Source: Podarcis gaigeae (Eukaryota). From it: a stretch of 64,000 nt of DNA. The notes below the pieces were generated by a model. That model was not told where the DNA came from. It saw only the letters and a program-made list of their open reading frames with translations, and searched no databases. The stretch is taken from the NCBI GenBank assembly GCA_964106915.2, contig OZ066921.1, one strand, 5' to 3'. The position numbers were made by a program, and so were the translations under genes. This document shows positions 51,456 to 64,000 of this stretch, piece after piece (position 1 is the first letter of the stretch; every line of letters starts with the position of its first letter).

Positions 51456-52137
51456 CTGCAGAAATAGTAAATCTGGATTAAATCATGGTGGGGTGATACA
51501 GGATGTCATTTGAGGATAATGTCTTATGTGGATGTGGCACCAAACTTTCACACATGCACAGCACTAAGCCCACAATAGCCTGCTGTGCAGAAGCAACCAG
51601 CATCTAAGCATGACTTGTCTCACATCCACCTTCTACATGGTAATGCAGCATTGGCTAAACTGGCACCCTTCAGATGTTACTAGACTGAAATTCCCATTAG
51701 CCCCAGCCAGCGCTCTATGACTATTAGCACCCATAGACTATTGTTTTCAATATCTAATCTGCTAGTTTCCAGAGCACACTGATGAAGTCAACAATATCTA
51801 ATCTTCTGGGGCACCCAACCTAGGGATCAGGAGTATGTATTCCCGTTGTTCATTGGGTGGAGGTGTTGTATGTGTTTTGTGAGGCACCCTCCCTAGCAGA
51901 TAAGAAACTGGAAACTCAGCTACCGTAAAGCCTTGCCTCAGCCTTGCCCAGCATGGAGTCCACTAGATGCCTTTGATTACAACACTCATTAGCCTCAGCA
52001 GGGGGAACCTGTGGTCTGCAACTCCCATCATCCCCAGCCATGTTGGCTAGGCCTGATAGGAGTTGTAGTGCAAAACATCTGGAAGGTGCCAGGTCAGGGA
52101 AGGATGTTCAAGTAACAGAGATGGGAAGCATTTCCCA

Positions 52138-52382
52138 CCTCTGTGGTGTAGTGGTTAAGAGCGGTAGTCTCGTAATCTGGTGAACCGGGTTTGCGTCTCC
52201 GCTCCTCCACATGCAGCTGCTGGGTGACCTTGGGCCAGTCACACTTCCTTGAAGTCTCTCAGCCCCACTCACCTCACAGAGTGTTTGTTGTGGGGGGGGG
52301 GAGGGAAAGGAGAATGTTAACCGCTTTGAGACTCCTTCAGATAGTGATAAAGCGGGATATCAAATCCAAACTCTTCTTCTCT
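52138..52382 (+). mobile_element. tRNA-derived squamate SINE
   Basis: GTGGTGTAGTGGTTAAGAGC A-box head, GGGTGACCTTGGGCCAGTCAC core-like body, (CTT)n tail. Confidence 0.7.
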
Positions 52383-53858
52383 TGCCTGAGACTCCTGCTA
52401 AGCCATTTTGCGTCTGACTATGGCATAAGGCAGCCATGAACCTGTAGTTTCTGTGAAGGAGTTTCTCCCATCTTCATTTTTCCTTTCGTTTGGTGGCCTG
52501 CATGGGTAAGGAAAACAAAAAACACTTTCATCATTCTTCTAGCTTGCAAAAGAGTTTCACATCTCCTTGCCCACTAGGTGCTAAATTATAAGGCGTGCAA
52601 GTGCTAATGTGCAATTTTCAGGGATTGGCAATAAATGCAGATGTCTTACCCACAGCCTGCCAGCTGAGCCACCACAAAGTGAAAGGCGTGCACTCCGCCT
52701 AATTTAGGTTTTACAAGGCACAGTGGTCTGGAGGCAACAGCTAGGGAAATAGAAAATACACATCACAGGTGCCGGTTTGACCACTCATTTGCTCTGTGGC
52801 TTGGAAAGACAAGTTGTTTAAAGCACTATGTCCAAATTAGAGCAAGTGGTAAAGGCTTCTACTTCTATACTTAGCTCTCTCTCTCTGACCTAGTTTTAAA
52901 GTATGTTGAGCACAAAGGCTTTACTTTGAATTGAAAAATTGCAAGCACTAACAGGCCTAGGCATGAAATCACTATGTTGCCTCTCCTTGCCTTGAGGTCT
53001 GCATCTGTAAAATGGGCATAGGGACAACTCCATTTGTTCTGTACAATTCATTAAAAATAAGCTGTTGGGTAAATTTCAATTATTAAATTAGATCACGATT
53101 TATTTAACAGATTTTTATCCTGACTTTCTTCCAAAACACTCAGGTGCAGATACAAGGTTCATTCCAGTCCTAGTGTTATCCTTACAACAACCCTGTAAGG
53201 TGGGTTAGGATGAGAGATAGTAAGTGGCCTGAGATTGCCCAGTGAACTTCATGGCTGAGCAAAGAATCTATTTTATATTTCATCTTTCATATGCAAGAAT
53301 CCTCCAGGAGTTCATTCGACAGTTTAACCCCAATTTGTGGGCTTGTGAACATTTGTTAGAGAGGGGTGATTCAGGAAACCATTCCACCAGCACCCCCCAC
53401 CCAAAGGGTTGTAGTCACCACACTGTGGGAATGAAGTAGAACTAAGTTGGCTGAAGGATGTTCAATATGCAAAGTTCTTGGCAGCCACACAATGCTCTGG
53501 ATAAGCTGGCAAGCCCTTTGACACTGTGGTGGTCCAGCATGGTACAATTTGTACAACAAATTGGTATGTGGCTCAGGAAAGAAGAAAAAATGCTTCTCTG
53601 CATCTGGGCTGCTTTCAGATGGAGCTATTTCCAGGTGGGATTCAATAAAGTACAGTCAAATTCAGGGTGTGCAATTAAAGATGACCTGGCACTGTTGCAC
53701 AACCTACCTGCTCCCCCTTACATGTCAAAAGAACAATTTGAGGATGAAAAGGAGAGTGCAAAATAACAATTGCTTGGCACAACATCAGGGGCTTCCTTGC
53801 CTGTTTATTGAGCATTAACAATGATTTGTTTGCAGAGTGTTTAGACGACGTTGCATCC

Positions 53859-54440
53859 TGCGCACTTTGCCATCACTTTCTTATGCTAACAGTCGGCGGG
53901 GCTGCGAAATGGGGGTATGTATGTTGCGCAAGGTTGTCCAATTGCGCACTTTGCATTCGCTGACAATCTGGAAGCACTGGATGTCCTCCAAACTTTGGGT
54001 AAACAAATCACGATGGATGCTCAGTTGAAAGGTCTTCTGGAAGGGACCACGGTGACAACAGCTTTTTAACCCCCCCCCCCCCAAGTAAATCCAAATTATA
54101 TGGGGGGAGCCCTTTTGATGCCGGGAAACTTTTGCACGCATCACCAAGACAACCCGCCGCCCCCCCAAGTCGCTCTCTGCAAGCACCCACCGCTTTGGAG
54201 GATGGCCGCACCCCTCCCACCTGGGCTGCACACGGCCGTGAGAACCCTCCGGTGCGCAAAGCGAGGCGTGTCCGCGCCCGCCAGCCCACTGATCACCCCG
54301 CATCGCTCCGCCACGCAGGCGAGCGCCCGACCAGCCGGTTTGGCGGGGGGCGGAGCCGCAGGGAGAGCGCCGTGCGCACGGGACGCGGGCAGAGGCGGAG
54401 CCCGGCCGCTTTGCACGCGGTGCCGGCGGGAAATAAAAAG
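53859..54440 (+). promoter_or_regulatory. Metallothionein promoter: CpG island with MTF-1 metal-response elements, GC box and TATA-like AAATAAAA (54431)
   Basis: TGCRCNC cores at 53859, 53943, 54133, 54227, 54252(-), 54372(-)/54373(+) and 54412; GGGGCGGAG box near 54347. Confidence 0.88.
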
Positions 54441-54526
54441 CGGGGCAGACGGCACTGCGGAGCTCAGCTGCTTAACCGATCACCCGAACGTCGTCTTAGC
54501 TGCTGGAGAGATCGAGCCCAGGAGAA

Positions 54527-56708
<2,182 letters not shown>

Positions 56709-57589
56709 ATCTTCTCTGGCTCTCCAAGCACTGATTTGTATATTTGATTGCCAGCAGGAATGTAACCTTATTGTCCATTTATATATTTGCCTGTGCATTT
56801 TTGTAGCCTTTAGATGTGAAAATAAGCTATGTGGAAAGTAACACAAGCTATGTGGAAAATAATAAAAGCTGTATGTATATAAGAAACATTTGGAGAATGT
56901 TTTGTTGGTAGTGGTTCTTTCCTTCTTAGAGGACAGAGGCAGTGAGCCCTGAAATTCAGACTGTGTACACATAATACCTTTAAAGCACATTTCCCTCCAA
57001 AGAACCTTGGGAACTAGTTTTTTATGGTTGCTGGCAATCGTTCTGTGAAAGTAAATTACTGTTCCCAGGTTTCTTTTGATGTTGGGGGGGGGGGGTTTGC
57101 TTTAAACATTGGAAATGTGCACGGCCTCTGAGCTCTACTTTGTGGAGCCTTAATCATGAATCTGTTCCTGGTGAATTCCAAGTTGCTGGTGGTGTGGGGA
57201 TAGCTACACTGCCCGGAGGAGGCTGGTCTGGGGAAGAATGTTTAGGAGATGCTTCTCTGAACAGCTTTTCATACTTTCCTGGCAAAGCACAAAGTAGGCT
57301 TGTTATGCACAACACAAATCATGCACAACACACATTTCTTCTGTTTCCCAACTAGAGTCCATTACTGTGCAACACATCCATCCCATGAGAGGGAAGGAGT
57401 TTATGTTAGCATCAGTAAAAAAGGACAGAAGACAGATTTACATAATGTTTGTATATGCTACTATGGGTGGAAATGTTACAAGTAATTGCTGTGATTTAAA
57501 TGGAAATGCAGCACATATATCTACATAACTGAGAAGAGGTTGCCCAGCTTACCTGTGTGCCTGCTTGGTCTGCTGCCCAGGCTCTAACT

Positions 57590-57834
57590 CAGGGGTCAGC
57601 AAAGTTTTTCAGCAGGGGGCTGGTTCACTGTCCCTCAGACCTTGTTGGGGACCCGGACTTTATTGGGGGGATGAACAAATTCCTATGCCCCACAAATAAC
57701 TCAGAGGTGCATTTTAAATAAAAGGACACATTCTACTTATGTAAAAACGCGCTGATTCCCGGACCGTCTGCGGGCCGGATTTAGAAGGTGATTGGGCCGG
57801 ATCTGGCCGCCGGGCCTTAGTTTGCCTACCCATG
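57590..57834. mobile_element. hAT MITE (same family as 31141, inverted)
   Basis: CAGGGGTCAGCAAA ... AGTTTGCCTACCCATG; 8-bp TSD CTCTAACT. Confidence 0.88.
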
Positions 57835-60169
57835 CTCTAACTGTTGATGCACATCTTGAAAATATGAACCTCTTCTCAGTTCCTTCTCCTTAACCCAAGT
57901 TTAGGTACATCCACACACCATACATTTAAAGCACTAGCTGAGACCATTGGGCATTGTAGCCCTGTGAGGGTAATGACTGTTCCTACGGTTCTGTGAGGGG
58001 AAGCCATGTGCTTTAAATGCAGAGTGTGAGCTGGCTGCCCTCTTCAAATATGGCAACTTCCATCAGCCCCAAGTGCCATAGCTAATGTTAAGATCTGATG
58101 GGATTTGTACTTCAACAAACATCTGGATGGGCACATTCTCCCACTACTGAAGTTTTGCACTGTTGCAGGCTACTGTCCATAATGATTCCATATCAGGGAG
58201 GGGATTAAACAAGATACTATGATAAACCCATGACCTCCTTCACAGCCATATATCTGTAGTGCTAGTGCTTGCTAGATCTTCTACAACCCCAAGATCCACC
58301 AACCACAGCCAGATGCAAACAGCATTCACTTAGAATTAAAGGTTCCAGAGCCCAGGAATTTGTTCTGAATACTAAAACTGAACTGAACTCTTAGTCCTTC
58401 CACACAAAAATCCACTCATCTATGCTCCACCTGCAGCAGCTTTCTTCATTTAAGCTATATAATTTAGAGGAGGAATCATTTTGCTATTAAACAACTGGGC
58501 ATTAGAAGTCCTTGCCAATGTACATCTAATCACAAGGTGAATTGATTAGGTCTTAAAAGACGTTTTTGGGCCAGTGGGTGCAGTTGGAATTTTGAGAAAC
58601 TGCTGTGGGTACCAGTCTCAAAATGGCTGCCACGAGGGCATGGCATAGCACAAAATGGCTGCCATATCCAAAAGGGAAGAAAAAGAGACAAGACCACAAA
58701 ATGGTGTGGGTGCATAACCCATCAGCCACCCACTCAGTGGGGAAAAGGTATCACCTGCTGCCATACTGAATCATTGTTTTTTTGTTTTTTAAAAAAGGTG
58801 CTCTCTGTACCTCTCCCAAGTTCAGAACAGACAAGAGGGTGGGTCTCCAATCCTGTCATACAATGTAATGTAGACATTTGGGTGGCAGGGGGTGAATAAT
58901 GTAGGAGAGACTAAGCCACTGCAAACAGGACCTGAGCAGAGAGATCATTGTGCATTATTATTTTTAAAAAACTTTTTATTAAAGATTTTATTTTGAGGGG
59001 ATATTTACTATAAGCCTTTGTGAGCACCATATTAGGTTCTGGCAGGCACACACTGGGAATCCTTATATTAAGCAGATTCCAACTGAACCACCTAATTCAG
59101 CTCTCCTGGCACAGAAGCCAACCCACACAGTTCCACTGTGTGTATGAACACTGAAGCCACACAAGGAACACCAGTTACACAGGTCTTTCTAATCTAGTCA
59201 TTGCTGGAGGGATGTATAAATGGAGCAATTGTTAGCACTGAATCTGGGAGGTTATCTATCTCATGGTCACATTCTAATGTCATAGTTCAACATGAACAAA
59301 ATAATGCACTGAGGGATTACATCAGTAAAAAGGTCGGAAGGAAGGAATTTAGTTATCAGTTGTTGTCATTGGATTCTGTGGAGCAGAAGAAATGATGGTT
59401 AACAGGCCAGTGGCTCCCCTTTCACCCCAAGGAATTGGTGTCAACAGGGCAAAGTATCCAACTAAGTTTTACTCAAGACTAGAGCCACTGGAATAAGTGT
59501 ACATGACTAAGTTAGGTTCATTCATTTCAATGGATGTATTGTAAGTAGAATTCATTTATTGAAATTTTATATTCCATTTTTCACCACATAGGTCTCAACA
59601 TTAACATATACAATATACAAATTTTAAAACACAACCCCCCCCAATTAAAACCTCAAGAAAACAAAAACACAAAACATGAGAAGAATTCAAGGTGCAAAGG
59701 CCTCCTGAAATGAAATTAAGCAGCTACCTGAAACTCAGTAGGCATGGTGCCTGTCTTAACTCCTTATCAGAGGGAGTTCCATAGTTTGGCCCCAGACTCT
59801 GAAGGAACAACTTCTTTGTTGACATGAGTCAGAGAGGGAGCCTCTAAAAGGATCCCATGCTCCCTGATGATCCTTAAGCTACCCTGTAATGTGATCCTTA
59901 AGCTACCCTGGGCCCAAGTTATTCAGATCTTTGTGCACTAGAACCTTCAACTTGACCAGGTAGCAGATGGGAAGCCAGTGCAAGCCTCAGGTTCAATTCC
60001 CAGCATCCCAGGGTAAGGCTGGGGAAAATTCCTGTCTGAAGTCCTGGAGAGTCTGCCACGGAAAATGCTGCCTCTCAGGCCGCCACCATGCCAAGCCTCT
60101 GCTGATCTAAACACCTCTGAGAGGGTTTGTAGGGAAGGAGGTAAGCTTTATGATATTTGGGTCCTAAGT

Positions 60170-60520
60170 CACACTAATGTGACCACCTTGAATTGGGCCC
60201 TGAAGTGAACTGGCAACCATGCCAGCTGTTTTAAACCAGAGCCTATGTGAGATCTACATGGAACCCCAGACATAAATCTTGTTGCATTTTGGATCAAATA
60301 AAGCTTTTTCAAGTTGTCTTCAATGGCAGCCCCATGTAGTATGCACTGCAACAATCCAATATGGAAGTTACCAGAGCATGGAGTAGAGTGGCCAGATCCT
60401 CTTTCCAAAAGGGGTTTCTGCTGGCAAATCAGCCGGAGCTGAGAAAAGGCACTCCTAGCCATCAAGGCCACCTGAGTCTCCAAGAGCATCCCCAAAATAA
60501 AACCCCCAGGGCAGGATGCT
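60170..60520 (-). mobile_element. Degraded L2/CR1-group LINE RT C-terminal fragment
   Basis: Minus-strand peptides ARSAFSQLRLI, KLYLIQNA and HI..LKQLAWLPVHFRAQFKV. Confidence 0.65.
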
Positions 60521-63105
60521 TCCCCACCTGAGAACATCCCCCCCCCCCAGGATTCAGTGTGATTCAATGAATGCCCCATGTTTGCATGTCCTGTGGCATT
60601 GATTCTGAATGTCCCTCTAATATACACCCTCCTTGCAGTTCAGTTCCACTCCTCACTCCATGTCTCTCTTTCCTCTGCTTACAAAAGATAACCTGTACAG
60701 AATCTAAACTGGGTGGCTGGTTTCTTGTCACTGGTGAGTCAGCAACGTCACTTTGAGAGGAAGGGGTATGGTTCCCTATTCACAGCCATCACCAAAAACA
60801 TTTGGAAATTAATGAACTACTTCCAGGAACACTGTGTCTTTTCTAGAGCAGTGGAGACATAAATTCCAGCTACCAGTTGTGCAATTAAATACACACACAG
60901 TACAAACCTTGCCAGCATCCGAGCAAAATAAAGTCAGCATTTGTGAGTAAACATTCACAAAATGAATGAATGGTACTGGCAGGGTTCTCATTTGTTGGGG
61001 CCTGAGAGCAAGCACCTTGGAAACAAAACAAGTGCTAACATTTGCTGGAACATTTGTGTCAACATATAAGGCCGCCACATTTCTCTGCCAGAAAGTATTG
61101 CTACAATTGGGGCAAAAAGGCAGACCACCCAAAACGTGCTTGTTCCAACTCACCTACAAAAGGATATTGCAGAGATAGACAAGGCTAAGAAAAAGGCATC
61201 CAACATGACCAAGGGACTGGAGAAACTCTCCTCGGGGGGTGGGGGGAGATTGCCTCATTTGCGACTTTTTAATTTAGCGAGGGAAAGTAAGGTACATGAT
61301 AAAGGTAAATAAGATTATGGAGAAAGCAGACCCCCATGTTGCAAAAAATGCATTTAAAAAGAAGCAGCAAAAAATAAAAGGCAAGTTGAAAACCTGAAAC
61401 TAAGGACTAAAAACAGTTCTGACTACAAATTGTATCTAAAATGCCTGGGAGAAATGGGGAAGTGTTAACCAGATTCAGAAAATCTTCAGCTGATGCCAAA
61501 TGTGTCTCCTTAGGGACAACATTCCATAATCAGGGATCACCACAGAAAAGTAATAAAAAAGGGTGGGTGGGTATTTGTAGGAGAGATTTACCCTTGCAAA
61601 TGTTACACAAATATACACACTTATACCCATATGTAGTGGAGACTGGTGCTCATTGTGGGTGGTAGGGCAGAAGGCAGGGAAGCCAATGGCAGCTGGAGAT
61701 GCTGTGTACACACCAGGCATGTAATGTATTTTGCTTCCCCCAGTGGGTCCTGGGAACTGTAGCTTACTCCTGACAGAGTAAGGAGAGGGGGGTAATAGGT
61801 GTTCATATAGTGTGTACACAACCATTGACAAGCAGAGCTAACCACTTCTAGCTTTGTCCTCATCTTTCTCCTTGCTAAGTTTCACTCAGACACAACTGAG
61901 ACTAAGAAGGAGGAAGCAGAGAGCCAAGAAGACCATCCCTTGGCCTGGTTGTAAGATGGCAGGCAGGTGGGCTTGAGGCTGCAGGGGCAGAGCCCTGTTT
62001 GCCCTAATAGATCAGTTTCCACTTCAGCCTTCTTTAGATGTTTTGCCCTCCAGATGTTTTGGATTGCAACCCCCACCAGACCCAACCAGCCATTGCTGGT
62101 GGAACATGTAGTCTGGAGGGACCAGGTAGAGGAAGACTCTTCTAAAGGTTCCACAGCAGCAAGATGGGGAAGAACCCCTCCCCCCACACACCTACACAAA
62201 TAAACAAACAGATAATTTCATCCCTCAGGCTGGAGCAACTCCTTTCAAGCAGCTTGACTGTATCTTCTTGGTTCTATCATGGCAATGGTGCCCTCTCTCC
62301 CAAGACCTGGCACAAATTGACAACACCAGTGTTGAGGTGTGAACTGCAGTAATGTATCATCATTATGACATAATGATGATAATTCTCTCTCTCTTTTTCA
62401 AATCACTCAACAGAAACCCCTTGTGATGCAACATGAACCCTTCAGGGCAGGCAGGACAGTTTAACTTCATTGTCTGCTCCCTCCTCCCACGTTCCACCTT
62501 AAGATGATGACTAAATGCAGACTCCAGGCATCACTATCAGTGAGTGTGCTTTTTTTCAGCCCTGCTGCATTTAACATCTAGCCTCATGATGTGTTCCAGG
62601 GAATACAGAAGCTTGCTCACTGTTACTGTTTTGTGGTACTTTGGTTGGTGTCATAAACCCTACAATCCCTGTTCAGCCGTGAAGCTCACTGGGCAACCCT
62701 AAGCCAGTCACCATCTCTAAGGCTAACCTTACCTACCCTCCTAGCTTCCACAGTTGTTGTGAGAATAACACTGGGAGATGGCACTGAACAATAACATCAC
62801 TAAAGTATAAAATAATAAAATACAGAACAAATGACTCACACTGAATCAAATTGTCTAAGAATGGCAAAAAAAGAAGTATTTTCATCAGGAGATGGAATGT
62901 CAAAACTGTCTGATTTAAATGCAGTTCGTTAATAATGAAAAAGGAACGAAAATAATTTTTTTAAATAAAAATGTGGATTTTGGAATTCACCTTTGCTATG
63001 TAAGTTTTTGCTTAATCCCATCAGCACGAACCTTTGCAACACAATCATATTTCTCAGGAACTGCCCACCTCACTTTTACTTCTCTTTCCCTTTGGTCACA
63101 CAATG

Positions 63106-63274
63106 GCTGACTCACCCGTGAGTCAGCATTAAACATGTTCCCAGATAAAACTGCTGCACTGCACCCGGAAGGAGTTTGCACATGGCACAAGATATGTTTG
63201 TATTGCCATGTGTTGTTTGCACACAGCACAGGAGACTGAGCAAGAGGAGCAGCGCCTGCTTTGAATGGGGTGCA
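63106..63274. promoter_or_regulatory. Candidate metal/oxidative-stress enhancer: inverted pair of AREs plus three MREs
   Basis: GCTGACTCAC-cc-GTGAGTCAGCA (63106-63128); MRE cores TGCACCC 63160, TGCACAC 63218, GGGTGCA 63268. Confidence 0.65.
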
Positions 63275-64000
63275 GAGGAAAATGCAAATGAAAGGCATAC
63301 CGTGTGTACAGGACTCAGTGTGCTTTGTTCAAAAAGTTCAGTGACAGAAGTCTGTTTCTTCTCCAAAATAGAAACCTCAGTCATTTCCAGCTCTTGTTCT
63401 CTGTGTGGGTGGATGTGCGTACACAGTGCTCTAACATTACTAGATTCACCCCACACAACAGCAAGCAACCCTAAAGATATCAGATTTATTACTGCGACCT
63501 GTAGCGCTGTCAAGGCAGGACTTTGGGGCAGTAGTCCAGGGCCCCCCATTCAGAAGAATGAGCCCCCAAATGAAGCAGGGCTGAATTAGGAAGCAAATGA
63601 AATAATGCACAGTACCATTTAGAAAGTTGTGCCCCAAGGCCATTATGCCTTTCAAAGTCAGAAACTGCTGCTGCAGGGCAGGAGAAAGCCTAATGTTGAA
63701 TGCTCCTGTAAAAAAACAACAACAAAAAAACCCCTTCATTTTACAACATATATGTATAAGAACATAATATCAGGCCAGTGGCATATCTAATTCATCATCC
63801 TGATCTCACAGTGGCCAATTATATGCCTCTGGGAAGTCCGCAAACAGGACCTCGAACAGTGGAGGGAGAACACAGCCACTGTGTTACTAGCAGCCACACA
63901 CAGCCTTACCCTCCATGAATTTGGCCAATCCTTCTTCAAAGCTAAGTGGGTGGGTGTCCCTACATCTTGCGGGAGGCAAACTGCCCGTTTTTGAAACTTT

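Noticed and set aside
59868-59910. 19-bp direct duplication TGATCCTTAAGCTACCCTG (similar short duplications near 48128 and 56824)
   Set aside because: Ordinary local slippage or repair duplications with no further structure.
63112-63589. Cys-containing ORFs as a second metallothionein
   Set aside because: No MT Cys spacing or exon structure; the TGC richness is partly explained by MRE-like motifs.

Overview
Vertebrate genomic DNA, most likely a squamate (lacertid-type lizard, judged from the Sauria SINE, CR1 and Penelope content), matching the conserved OGFOD1-BBS2-metallothionein synteny block. It contains the last five coding exons of OGFOD1 (+, 359-6591), the complete 17-exon BBS2 CDS (-, 34964 to 8283, 734 aa, CpG-island promoter with an RFX X-box), and a complete 3-exon, 20-Cys metallothionein of the sauropsid MT2 type (+, 54527-56708) with an MRE-rich promoter. 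Introns and intergenic DNA carry Sauria SINEs, Tigger/pogo-like and hAT MITEs, CR1/L2 fragments and two families of Penelope-like retroelements. The most notable non-gene signals are (1) seven minimal type I hammerhead-ribozyme motifs from two Penelope families, including two short TSD-flanked solo insertions that start at the ribozyme; (2) two adjacent Penelope-derived foldbacks (250-bp perfect palindrome and 628-bp arms) in (TA)n in BBS2 intron 12; and (3) a compact candidate enhancer at about 63.1 kb with an inverted double ARE plus three MREs. There is one assembly gap (16984-17129). All calls were made by eye without database searches.
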